Positions 13,412 through 25,385 of a stretch of 64,000 nucleotides of DNA are shown piece by piece. The translations under genes were made by a program, and so were the position numbers. Source of the DNA: Malacoraja senta (lineage: Eukaryota); NCBI GenBank assembly GCA_038087875.1, contig JAXLNO010000446.1, positions 434,001 to 498,000 on the forward strand. The letters are read 5' to 3'. The number at the start of each line of letters is the position of its first letter. Positions within the stretch are counted from its first letter, which is position 1. The notes under the pieces are model-generated. The model had not been told where the DNA came from. It was given only the letters and a program-made list of their open reading frames with translations, and did not search any database.

Positions 13412-13768
13412 CAGTCTGAAGAAGGGTCCAGACCCGAAATGGGTTACCTATCTGTGTTCGCCAGATGCTGCCTGACCCACTGAGTTACTCCAGCACTCTG
13501 AAACGTCACCTATCCATGTTCTCCACAGATGCTGCCTGACCCGCTGAGTTACTCCAGCACTCTGTTGAAACGTCACCTATCCATGTTCTCCACAGAATGC
13601 TGCCTGACCCGCTGAGTTACTCCAGCACTCTGTGAAACGTCACCTATCCATGTTGTCCACAGATGCTGCCCTGACCCGCTGAGTTACTCCAGCACTCTGT
13701 GAAACGTCACCTATCCATGTTGTCCACAGATGCTGCCTGACCTGCTGAGTTAACTCCAGCACTCTGTA
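13412..13768 (+). repeat. 66-bp tandem array (5 units) with hammerhead-like head
   Basis: agtctgaagaagggtccagacccgaaa followed by tandem units with single-base indels. Confidence 0.9.
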
Positions 13769-13959
13769 GTCTTTACTGTGAACGTAGTTCAGATCGTGAC
13801 GAGTGCCTCAAATGGAAAACCATCAGCTTCACAGGCCACCTGTACGCAATGTCTTTATAGGGCATCAAGGCCTCTACCGCCCACAAAGCAATGGGGAATG
13901 GGACTGTGTTTAGATCAGCACCTCTTGTTTAACACCCTTGAACCTCCTGCTTCCTTAAT

Positions 13960-14372
13960 TCAATGCTGTGCACCTGGCAGCAATGTAGCACGACAAATCC
14001 AGAGACAAAGTCCAATGTCCGCAATGGGGTCGAGGTGAATCGGACAGTACCCTAGCTCAGGAAAGGACCGTTCAGAAGCCTGATAACAGAGGGGAAGATG
14101 CTGTTCCTGAGCCTGGTGGTGCGCGCTTTCAAGCTTCTGTACCTTCTGCCGGATGGGAGCGGGGAGAAGAAGGAATGATCAGGGTGGGAAAGGTCTTTGA
14201 TTACGTTGGTAGCTTTTCCAAGGCAACGTGAAGTATCGATGGAGTCAATGGTGGGGGAATCTGGTGTGAACGACTGGGCTACATCTACCACTCTGCAATG
14301 TCTTGCCGTCTTGGGCAGAGTTGTTCCTAAACCAACCTGTGATGCAATCTGACAGTATGCTTTCTATGGTTC
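13960..14372 (-). mobile_element. Rex1/Babar-like LINE 3' fragment
   Basis: Minus ORF ...RCLGKATNVIKDLSHPDHSFFSPLPSGRRYRSLKARTTRLRNSIFPSVIRLLN, typical of the Rex1/Babar RT C-terminus. Confidence 0.8.
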
Positions 14373-14394
14373 CAAGAGTCATTGTACTTGCAAA

Positions 14395-15472
14395 GAGTAG
14401 GAGTAAACGGGTCCTTTTCAGAATGGCAGGCAGTGACTAGTGGGGTACCGCAAGGCTCAGTGCTGGGGACCCCAGCTATTTACAATATATATTAATGATT
14501 TGGACGAGGGAATTGAATGCAACATCTCCAAGTTTGCGGGATGACACGAAGCTGGGGGGCAGTGTTAGCTGTGAGGAGGATGCTAGGAGGCTGCAAGGTG
14601 ACTTGGATAGGCTGGTGTGAGTGGGAAAAATGCATGGCAGATGCAGTATAATGTGGATAAATGTGAGGTTATCCACTTTGGTGGCAAAAACAGGAAAGTA
14701 GACTATTATCTGAATGGTGGCCGATAAGGAAAGGGGGGAGATGCAACGAGACCTGGGTGTTATGGTACACCAGTCATTGAAAGTAGGCATGCAGGTGCAG
14801 CAGGCAGTGAAGAAAGCGAATGGTATGTTAGCATTCATAGCAAAAGGATTTGAGTATAGGAGCAGGGAGGTTCTACTGCAGTTGTACAGGGTCTTGGTGA
14901 GACCACACCTGGAGTATTGCGTACAGTTTTGGTCTCCAAATCTGAGGAAAGACATTCTTGCCATAGAGGGAGTACAGAGAAGGTTCACCAGACTGATTCC
15001 TGGGGATGTCAGGACTTTCATATGAAGAAAGACTGGATGGACTCGGCTTGTACTCGCTAGAATTTAGAAGATTGAGGAGGGATCTTATAGAAACTTACAA
15101 CATTCTTAAAGGGTTGGACAGGCTAGATGCAGGAAGATTGTTCCGGTGCTAGGGAAGTCCAGGACAAGGGGTCACAGTTTAAGGATAAAGGGGAAATCCT
15201 TTTAGGACCGAGATGAGAAAAACATTTTTCACACAGAGAGTGGTGAATCTCTGGAACTCTCTGCCACAGAGGGTAGTTGAGGCCAGTTCATTGGCTATAT
15301 TTAAGAGGGGAGTTAGATGTGGCCCTTGTGGCTAAAGGGATCAGGGGGTATGGAGAGAAGGCAGGTACAGGATACTGAGTTGGATGATCAGCTATGATCA
15401 TATTGAATGGCGGTGCAGGCTCAAAGGGCCGAATGGCCTACTCCTGCACCTATTTTCTATGTTTCTATGTTT
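14395..15472 (+). mobile_element. CR1/HER1-type LINE, 5'-truncated and frameshifted
   Basis: SGVPQGSVLG through VRPHLEYCVQFWSP and the 3' tail; near-identical to copies at 3858 and 47738. Confidence 0.92.
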
Positions 15473-17414
15473 TCCATTGAAAGACTTGCCAAAATTTCTC
15501 CTGAGGAAGTGGAAGCATTGGTGTGCCTTCTTGGCTGTCGCTTCAATATGGTTGGTCCATGACAGATCAATGGTAATATTTACACCAAGGAACTTGAAGA
15601 GCGAAACCATTTCCATTTGTGCACCATTGATGCTGGCCTTGGGCATGTACTCCACCATGCTTCCTGAAGTCAATAACAAGATCCTTCGTCTTGCCCGATA
15701 TTGTAGGACATTTTAAGGCAGAGTTTAACAGATTAGTACGGGTGTAAGGGGTTATGGGCTTCCTGAAGTCAATAACAAGATCCTTCGTCTTGCCGATATT
15801 GTAGGACATTTTAAGGCAGAGTTTAACAGATTAGTACGGGTGTAAGGGGTTATGGGGCAAAGGTAGGAGAATGAGGTTGAGAGGGAAAGATAGATCAGCC
15901 CTGATTGAATGGCGGAGTAGACTCGATGGGCTGTACGACCCTATTCTGCTCCTATTGTCCAGACAGCATATCACTGTTTTTGATGTTGTCCCTGTATTCC
16001 ATCTCATCATTGTTTCTGCACGTTGTCACAGCGGGAGTTCAATGTTGGCCACACCAGGTAATGAATGACAGCACAATGCTGCTCTTACTTGGCATTGGTG
16101 AATGATATCAGTGAGCCAGGTGGGTTTTCATGACAATCAGTAGCTTCTTGGTTATCCATTTTTATTGAGGCATTGAAATGCAGTGCCAGCCTCTTTTTTT
16201 TATTTTCCCTGGCTTAATTTGTATGACCAAAGATGTCCCATGTCTAAAGACTGGAATGTATATACCCATGACACATACGCTGTTGTGAGCGGAGTGATGG
16301 TGTTTACCAAATGTAGACATTTGACTCATTTTGTGATTTGTGTGACTTTATCATCCATTTGCCAACAAATTAATTGTTGGCACGATCGGATTCTGTGTTG
16401 CCTTCAACAGCTGGCAATCTGATACAGATTGTAGGAAGCAATTTTGTTGGGTAAAGTCAAATGCTATTAAAACTTCATGTCGAGTGATTTTCTGGAAAAG
16501 ATTGCAAAAGGACAGCTAAAATAATAATAGGGCAAATATAGATACTGTAATATATCCCCCTCGATGACACTTCCATCAGCTATTGTAGTAGAGATTCTAT
16601 TTTTATTTTGTCTGAATTTAGGTCCAATGCACTGCCAATGTATAACTGAGCAGCTAAGAAACGCTGAGTAGTTGATCCCTGATAGCACATGGTAATACCT
16701 CTTCATGCTGCTGCCTCCAGAACACGGAATCATTGCTTAAGCCAACTATTGTATCAAAGTGGAATTCTAAATTTGCCAAAAAGTAAGGAGGTCTGTATTC
16801 AATATAATAAAAAGTACAGAAGCTAATATGGAATGTGTAATTATGTATTTGAATCTTTGCTGCTGTGCTGCGTGCAAAATATTGCCACCAAAAGGTGTAA
16901 TTTTGTTTTTTTTCCTGTTATTGGGAAGAAGTTATAGGAGTCTGAAAGCTGTAACGTTACTTACTCCACCCACTTGCCACTCATCCCCTTCACCTGTATC
17001 CACCTATCACTTGCCAGGCTTTGTCCCTTTTCTACCTCTCTTTTACAGCTTCCTCCCTTCCTACTTCCAACAGTTTGAAGAAGGGTCCTAACCCGAAACA
17101 TCATCTGTCCATTGCCTCCATAGATGCTGTCTGACAGGTTAAGTTCCTCCAGCACTGGTCATTTCTGAGCTACACTGCAGCAATGGAATGTCAGATGGCC
17201 CCTGCTTCTACCACGATAAAAGCTGACTCCAATGCTGTAATATTGGTAGGACCACCTGTGGCCCCATGGAAGGAGCAGGCTTCAAGTTGTGAAAGGTCAG
17301 TGTTTGACTCTTGCTCCTTGATGTCAATATCTGATGGGCATGACAATTCATTCTTCGATGTACTACTTTTTCAGGATGTTCACATCACTGGCTCAGCTCG
17401 GATCCCTCATTTTT

Positions 17415-17785
17415 AATCCCAAAAATAAACATAATTCAGAATAAAACATATATACAAAAACTCTTCCGGCTTTCTCAGTGGCTGTACATATTCATTAACG
17501 TTGCATTTGGCAGTGTTCATAAAAATATCATTCTCCCCAGCACCCTTGCCACTCAAGTGGCCTCCTGGAATGATAACACTTCCCTCATTTTGAGGAGTGT
17601 CTCCACCACACCCTGCTCCCCAATGTGCATCAGCAGAAGGACCCTAGACTGTGGTCCTCCCCCACAGAGCCATGGCGTTGGCTGCACCGAGCGTCAGTGT
17701 GTCCCTCAGCACGTACACCTGCAGTCTGGAATGGGCCAGCCGGCAACATTCCCCGATGGACATCTCGCTCTGCTGGGAGATCATC
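17415..17785 (-). mobile_element. Tx1/L1-clade LINE 3' end
   Basis: Minus strand translates to SEMSIGECCRLAHSRLQVYVLRDTLTLGAANAMALWGRTTV*, resembling the Tx1 ORF2 C-terminus, followed by a T-rich 3' UTR. Confidence 0.65.
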
Positions 17786-18604
17786 AAGGGATCTTAATGT
17801 TGTATTTTATTTTTATTGGTGTGCTGCAACGGCAACTCAAATTTCACTACACCAATTGGTGTTTGTGACAATAAATGTCCTTTGTCCTTTGTCCTTTACT
17901 TGCTAGGGTATTGCAGAGTGAATGAAAGGCCATAGGTCTGGTGTCGCACATAAGTTCTCGGAGCAGAATTAGGCCATTCGGCCCATCGTCTACTCCGCCA
18001 TTCAATCATGGCTGATCTAACTCTCCCCCTCAACTCCATTCTCCTGCCTTCTCCACATAACCCCTGACACCCGTTCTAATCAAAAATCTATCTATCTCTG
18101 CCTTAAATATATCCATTGACTTGGCCTCCACAACCTTCTGTGGCAATGAATTCCACAGATTCACCACCCTCTGAATAAAGAAATTCCTCCTCATCTCCTT
18201 CGTGAAGGTACGTCCTTTAATTCTGAGGCTATGTGCTCTGGTCCTAGATTCTCCCGCTATGTTGTCCAGTGATGTTGCCTGACCCACTGTTACTCCAGCA
18301 TTATGTGTCCTTTTTGTAAACCAGCATCTGCAGTTCCTTGTTTCTGTGCCCAATAACCTGACTGATGGTTAATATACCAACAGCCTTTTTTCTCACTATC
18401 CACTTCTCATGCCACTTTCAAGGAATTATATACCTGCACTCCTGGATCCCTTTGCTCTACAACATTCCCTAGCCATTCCTGGGAAGGTCCTGCCTTGGTT
18501 TGACTTTCCAACACCTCCCACCTATCTCCATCAACGCTTTCTCCTCACGCTTTGTCCTGCCTCTCCACTCTTCCAGCTTTCTTCTCCCCCCCCCCCCGCA
18601 ATCA

Positions 18605-18940
18605 TTCTGAAGAAGGGTCCCGATCCAAAATATCACCTATCCATGTTCTCCACAGATGCTGCCTGACCCACTAAGTTACTCCAGCACTTTGTGAAACGTC
18701 ACCTATCCATGTTCTCCACAGATGCTGCCTGACCCACCCGCTGAGTTACTCCAGCACTCTGTGAAACATCACCTATCCATGTTCTCCACAGATGCTGCCT
18801 GACCCGCTGAGTTACTCCAGCACTCTGTGAAACATCACCTATCCATGTTCTCCACAGATGCTGCCTGACCCGCTGAGTTACTCCAGCACTCTGTGTCCAG
18901 CTTTGGTGTAAATCAGCATCTGCAGTTCCTTTTTACACAC
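18605..18940 (+). repeat. 66-bp tandem array (4 units) in a Penelope-derived element
   Basis: ctgaagaagggtcccgatccaaaa head, tandem units, and aaatcagcatctgcagttcc tail. Confidence 0.9.
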
Positions 18941-19139
18941 TTTGTGTCCCTTTGTGTATTAGCATCTGCAATTCCTCATTTCTAAACTTATAGAATTATT
19001 CTGGATGTGATTGGAATTGTGTTGGATCTCTTTACACTGTTTGTTCCTCCAATTAAAGCTTTTCTAATAGTCCACTAACAAGTCTTAAAAGCTCTTCACC
19101 ACTGTAAACCGTTTGTTTGTATAATGCTCAGCACCATTC

Positions 19140-19459
19140 TCTGCTCTTGACATGTGAAGATGACTCAGTTCATTCTAAATTTTACAACTGTGAATATCAT
19201 GTGGGGAATGGTAAAAATAGTCACTTGTGTTGTACAAATTGTTTGATCAGATGAGCAGACCAGTGCCAGCGAGCATTATTAGTACAGTGTATCGACCAAA
19301 TTAAAAAAACTCCATGACAAATCGGCCTCAAATAGACTGAAGCTGGCACCATGACAAGCAACTGATGCTTATTTTGTCAGGACCCACCCGCCTGTTAAAG
19401 GAGCTTCAGGACACAGTCGGTGTTCACATCATAAGAGTTACATTAGCTGAGTGGAAGCA
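19140..19459 (+). promoter_or_regulatory. Candidate muscle-type proximal promoter / 5' UTR of ASB5
   Basis: Repeat-free island; E-boxes at 19151, 19198, 19222, 19248 and 19359; near-consensus MEF2 site gtaaaaatag at 19211-19220. Confidence 0.4.
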
Positions 19460-19652
19460 ATGACGGCGGTGGAAAACTACCGGTTCTCCCAGCATTTGGC
19501 CAATGTCTACTTCACTATTTTCGCCCTCTTCTGTTTCAAACTGTTTGTGAAAATCAGCCTTGGCATCCTGAGCCACTTCTACATAGTGAAGGGGAACCGC
19601 GCGGAGGCAGCCCGGATAGCTGCAGAGTTTTACGGAGCCACTCCTGCTCAAG
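19460..19652 (+). CDS. ASB5: ASB5 (ankyrin repeat and SOCS box 5) first coding exon
   Basis: Encodes MTAVENYRFSQHLANVYFTIFALFCFKLFVKISLGILSHFYIVKGNRAEAARIAAEFYGATPAQ(G). This matches the recalled human ASB5 N-terminus (QQLSNVYFTILSLFCFKLFVKISLAILSHFYIVKGNRKEAARIAAEFYG) better than ASB11. ATG in gcaATGa context; phase-1 donor AG|GTCAGT at 19653. Confidence 0.93.
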
Positions 19653-20834
19653 GTCAGTCTGCGTTTGTGTGATCGGCCCAATCTGTTCTCTCTTCCCTCA
19701 CTATCATTGCCATGGATTCCATTGGCTTATCAGGAAGCAGCAAAATGACGAGCTGCTGAGTATTTCCAGCTTTTTCTGTTCTAATTTCAGATTTCCACCT
19801 CCTGCAGATTTTTATTTGTATTTTCTGATCACTGATTTTGCTGTGAGTTCTTGCCATCTTCCTTGTGGTCACACCTCGTCTCTCTGTTTCAGCACGAAAG
19901 AGAAACCTCTGAGTTTGTGCAAAGTTTTCAACTGAGGTCTGGCATTTGTTTTTGACATTCAACATTCCTGCGGTGGTGCCAAATGTTAGCCCTGACTTCG
20001 GCTGCAAATCCGGCTGCGTTTGATACTGTGGTTGTCATCCCCTCCCTTACAAACCCTTTGGAAATGATGCGTTACTTTCTGTTTGTGATCCTTGCAATCA
20101 TCATGTGAATACAGAGGCTAACTAACGTGTGTAGAACCATAATGTAGTGTTCATTGTTCCATCAAGTCAAGGCAACTTTAATTGTCACCTACACATACAA
20201 GATGTGAAATGAACGTGGCAATGCCTGCGGATTGTGCAAAAATAACAGAACAGAACAGAACCAGTATTTACATTTTAATAAAAGTTAATAAAACAATTTG
20301 TGAGTGTCAGGAACCAGCATTAACTCACATTTAATAGTATTTGAGTTATTAACTTTGATTATGTCGAATATAAATGATTCATTGCAGCTCCTGTTTTTGT
20401 TCTTGTTAGGTACTGAAGTTAATTATAGTAAACATATTATGCAACAATATATTAAAACAAATTGAAAACAATGTTTAAAGCTTTTGGGAATGCACATCCG
20501 AGAGTACTAACAGAGCTTGGATCCAGGTAAAATAAGATTCTATCTTAAACTGATGCGCAGTGGAACCTGTTGAACTTTGGTGTGCTTCAACACCAAACCA
20601 GATGCAACTAAATTTAAGGTAGCTCTTTCTTCCCAAAAACCCTTTCTGGCTTAAGTCCTCCCTCCACCACCTCCAGTTCAAATTCCATTTGGAATATTTT
20701 GGAGGACCAAGAAACCAAGAACCAAGAACCAAGAAACAGCTGTATGTTGCCGCAAATGTGTAAGTTAACATTAAGGACTCGGACTGAATGGTCTGCAGAA
20801 AGGTCACAAGGGAAAGGCTAGTGTTGTTGGAGGT

Positions 20835-21590
20835 TTATATTGTCACGTATACCGAACTACAGTGGAAAGCTTTGTTCTGCATGCTATCCAAACAGATCAA
20901 ACACACATAGGTATAATTATGTCAAACTCAAGTACAATAGATAGAGCAAAGGGGAAGATACAGGGTGCAGAATATAGTTCTCAGCATTGTAGCGTATCAG
21001 TTCTATAGTGCAAGTCCGTCCGCAATGGGGTAGAGGTGATTTGGATGGTACCCTGGCTTATGGAAGGACTGTTTTGATGATGTTGGCTGCTTTCCCGAGG
21101 CAGCGTAAAATGTAGATGGAGTCAATGGTGGGGAGTGTGGTCTGTGTGATGGACTGGGCTACATCTACAATGGTGGGGAGTGTGGTCTGTGTGATGGACT
21201 GGGCTACATCTACAATGGTGGGGAGTGTGGTCTGTGTGATGGACTGGGCTACATCTACAATGGTGGGGAGTGTGGTCTGTATGATGGACTGGGATACATC
21301 TACAACTCTCTGCTATGGTCTGGGGCAGAACAGTTCCCAAACCGAGCTGAGATGCAACCGACAGTATGCTTTCTGTGGTGCATCTATAGAAGTTTGTAAG
21401 ACTCACTGGAGACATGCCGCATTTCCTCATTCTCCTGAAGGCGACCGTATGCCTTCTAGACTGTCACATCAATGTGGTTAGTCCACAATAGTTCACCAGT
21501 AATATTAACACCAAGAAACTTGAAGCTCTCAACCATTTCCACTTTTGCACCATTGATGCAAACGTGGCATGTACTCCACCATGTTTCCTG
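20835..21590 (-). mobile_element. Rex1/Babar-like LINE fragment with internal 45-bp tandem repeat (4 copies, ~21125-21305)
   Basis: Minus motifs VESFKFLGVNIT and LTNFYRCTTESILS; unit aatggtggggagtgtggtctgtgtgatggactgggctacatctac. Confidence 0.8.
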
Positions 21591-22032
21591 AAGAGGTGCA
21601 CTGCTACCACGTGTTTGCTTGTGTACAATGAGATCCCCAGAAGAAGCCTGCTGAGGATGTACAATGATATAGTGATGGTGCAGAGGATTAGTAGTCCTGA
21701 GGTCTGGAGTGGCAGTACACACTAAGGAAGAGAGTGAGGACAGTTCACGGGCCGAGCCACTCTTCTGCGATGGAGGGGATCGGGAGCTGCTCTGGTGGAA
21801 TCCGGACATTGAACACGATAAAATGGTGCCACACATGGTGGCGGGACTGGCATTGTATACAAAATGAATGTCGCTGTGTAATGTTTAATTGCATATGTGA
21901 CAATAAATACCCATTGAACCATTGACCTGTTAAAGTTAAAATGATGAGAAGCATAGATAGGGTAGATAGTCAGAACCTGTATTCCTTGGGGGGAAATGAT
22001 AAAGACTAGAGGGCATAGAGATAAGATGATGA

Positions 22033-22478
22033 TAGACAATAGGTGCAGGAGTAGGCCATTCAGCCCTTCGAGCCAACACCGCCATTCAATGTGATCATGG
22101 CTGATCATCCACAATCAGTACCACATTCCTGCCTTCTCCCCATATCCCCTAACTCCGCTATCTTTAAGAGCTCTATCTAGCTCTCTCCTGAAAGTATCTG
22201 TGTGAAAATGTTTTTCCTCTTCTCCGTTCTAAATGGCTTACCCCTTATTCTTTAACTGTGGCCCCTGGTTCTGGACTCCTCCAACATCGGGAACATGGTT
22301 CCTGCCTCTAGCGTGTCCAAACCCTTAATAATCTTATATGTTTCAATAAGATCCCCTCTCATCCTTCAAAATTCCAGAGAATACAAGCCCAGCTGCTCCA
22401 TTCTATCAACATATGACAGTCCCGCCATCCCGGGAATTAACCTCGTGAACCTAAGCTGCACTCCCTCAATAGCAAGAA
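22033..22478 (-). mobile_element. CR1 LINE 3' fragment
   Basis: Reverse complement of the CR1 RT C-terminus and tail (same subfamily as 10637-11244). Confidence 0.85.
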
Positions 22479-23625
22479 GGTTGGTTAAGAAGATTCAATT
22501 GTTGGGTATTAATGGTGGAGTAGCAAGATGGATTCAACAGTGGCTGAATGGGAGATGCCAGAGAGTAATGGTGGATGGCTGTTTGTCAGGTTGGAGGCAG
22601 GTGACTAGTGGGGTGCCTCAGGGGTCTGTGTTGGGTCCACTCTTGTTTGTCATGTACATCAATGATCTGGATGATGGTGTGGAAAATTGGATTAGTAAGT
22701 ATGCAGATGATACTAAGATAGGTGATGTTGTGGATAATGAAGTAGATTTTCAAAGTCTACAGAGAGATTTAGGCCATTTCGAAGAGTGGGCTGAAAGATG
22801 GCAGATGGAGTTTAATGCTGATAAATGTGAGGTGCTACATCTCGGCAGGACAAATCAAAATAGGACGTACATGGTAAATGATAGCGAATTGAGGAATGCA
22901 GTTGAACAGAGGGATCTAGGAATAACTGTGCATAGTTCCCTGAAGGTGGAATCTCATGTAGATAGGGTGGTAAAGAAAGCTTTTGGTGTGCTGGCCTTTA
23001 TATATCAGAACATTGAGTATAGAAGTTGGGATGTAATGTTAAAATTGTGCAAGGCGTTGGTGAGGCCAATTCTGGAGTATGGAGTACAATTTTGGTCGCC
23101 TGATTATAGGAAGGATGTCAACAAAATAGAGAGAGTACAGAGGTGATTTACGAGAATGTTGCCTTTGTTTCAGCAACTAAGTTACAGAGAAAGGTTGAAC
23201 AAGTTAGGTCTTTATTCTTTGGAGCGCAGAAGGTTAAGGGGGGACTTGATAGAGGTCTTTAAAATGATGAGAGGGATAGACAGAGTGGACGTGGATAAGC
23301 TTTTCCCATTGAGAGTAGGGAAGATTCAAACAAGAGGACATGACGAGAATTAAGGGACAGAAGTTTAGGGGTAACATGAGGGGGAACTTCTTTACTCAGA
23401 GAGTGGTAGCTGTGTGGAATGAGCTTCCAGTGGAAGTGGTGGAGGCAGGTTTGATTTTATCAGTTAAAAATAGATTGGATGGGTATATGGACGAGAAAGG
23501 AATGGAGGGTTATGGTCTGAGTGCAGGTAGATGGGACTAGGGGAGAAAAAGTGTTCGGCATGGACTTGAAGGGCCGAGATGACCTGTTTCCATGCTGTAA
23601 TTGTTATATGGTTATATTCTATGGT
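22479..23625 (+). mobile_element. CR1 LINE (second subfamily), RT domain plus tail
   Basis: SGVPQGSVLGPLLFVMYINDLD, SKYADDTK and VRPILEYGVQFWSP; ends in an atatggtt-like tail. Confidence 0.92.
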
Positions 23626-23629
23626 TATA

Positions 23630-24260
23630 CCATGTGCTCTAATTTTGACCACTATTCTCCTATGTGGGACCTTATCAAATGCTTTCTGAAAGTCCAGGTA
23701 CACTACATCCACTGGCTCTCCCTTGTCCATTTTCCTAGTTACATCCTCAAAAAATTCCAGAAGATTAGTCAAGCATGATTTCCCCTTCGTAAATCCATGC
23801 TGACTCGGACCGATCCTGTTACTGCTATCCAAATGTGCCACTATTTCATCTTTTATAATTGACTCCAGCATCTTCCCCACCACCGATGTCAGGCTAATTG
23901 GTCTATAATTCCCTGTCTTTTCTCTCTCCCGCCTTTCTTAAAAAGTGGGATAACATTAGCTACCCTCCAATCCACAGGAACTGATCCTGAGTCTATAGAA
24001 CATTGGAAAATTATCACCAATGCATCCACGATTTCTAGAGCCACCTCCTTAAGTACACTGGGATGCAGACCATCAGGCCCTGGGGATTTATCAGCCTTCA
24101 GTCCCATCATTCTACCCAACACCATTTCCTGCCTAATGTGGATTTCCTTCAGTTCCTCCGTCACCCCAGATCCTCTGGCCACTTGTTTGTGTCTTCCTTA
24201 GTGAAGATGGATCCAAAGTACCTGTTCAGCTTGTCAGCCATTTCCTTGTTCCCCATAATA
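23630..24260 (-). mobile_element. CR1 LINE internal RT fragment
   Basis: KSPGPDGLHP, WRVANVIPLFKKG, QHGFTKGKSCLTNL and YLDFQKAFDKVPH. Confidence 0.9.
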
Positions 24261-25049
24261 AAGTTTGAATGAGATGTGGTTGGGCAGGTTTTGCTACTGA
24301 AACTGGTGGATGCCTGGAATGTGCTGCACAGGGCAGTGGTGCAATCCCTTGATAATGTTGCTTAAAGGGCTTTTAGATAGACACAAGGATACCCATGCAT
24401 TTAGAGATATTGGATCACGTGCAGGCTGACACATCAGTTTGGCACAGACATTTTCGGCTAAAGAGCCTATTCCTGTGCTGAACTGTTCTTTGTTCTATGT
24501 CCAGCCCTATGCTTCTCAACCTCCTTTCAGCCATTATGATGCTGCTTTATCAAGCTGGTCAACTGCCTCAATGATTCATGAGCGTCGGTCAATCAGTCAA
24601 AGTCTCACCGATAAATCACTGGATTGTAGTGAATTCCCAATCGACGAGCATCGACATCTTAATTGATGCTTCAATGCAGCGTTGCATTCTTACGGTGCAG
24701 GAAGGAACTGTAGATGCTGGATTAAACCAAAGATAGACACAAAAAGCTGGAGTAACTCAGCAGGACAGGCAGCATTTCTGGAGAGAAGGTATGGGTGATG
24801 TTTTGGGTCAAGACCCTTCTTCAGACTGTCTTGATTTACTGCTAGACTTACTGTCTTTCAAATGAGTTGTTAATCTGAGGTTGGGTCTTGCTTGATAGAT
24901 ATATCATGATATTTTGAAAATGACTCAGGAAATATTCTGGTGCCCTGCCCTTGCGTTTAACATTTCCAAGAAAAATAGATCTTATGATAATTATCACATT
25001 CTTATTGATGCAAGGTTGTGTGAAAATGAGCTGCTGCCTTCAGATTCAA

Positions 25050-25385
25050 AAACCTTGGCGTGATATTTGACTCAGTACTGAAATTTGACAAACAAGTCAA
25101 TGCCGTGGTAAAAGCTAGCTTCTTTCAGCTTCGGACAATAGCTAAAATAAAACAATTCCTCCACTTTGATGACCTCGAAAAGATCATCCACACATTTATC
25201 TCCTCCCACCTAGATTACTGCAACTCCCTTTACACTGGCATCAGCCAATCTTCCCTGTCCCACCTGCAACTGGTCCAAAACGCCGCAGTGAGACTCCTGA
25301 CGGGCACCCGAAAAAGGGACCACATCACCCCGATCCTGGCCACTCTCCACTGGCTCCTTGTGCGGTTCCGTATACATTTCAAGAC
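25050..25385 (+). mobile_element. L2 LINE fragment
   Basis: NLGVIFDS...SHLDYCNSLY...HITPILATLHWL. Confidence 0.88.

Noticed and set aside
15660..15856. ~98-bp direct tandem repeat
   Set aside because: Local duplication of a Rex/CR1 junction in an indel-rich region near a gap; no sign of function.
16600..16700. Possible upstream exon (polypyrimidine-ttag ... atg|gtaata)
   Set aside because: Stops in all three frames and no independent support.
19653..19672. ORF continuation GQSAFV* making a 73-aa single-exon protein
   Set aside because: Homology ends at a canonical donor, so the tail is intronic; the GTG start at 19451 is an ORF-caller artefact.
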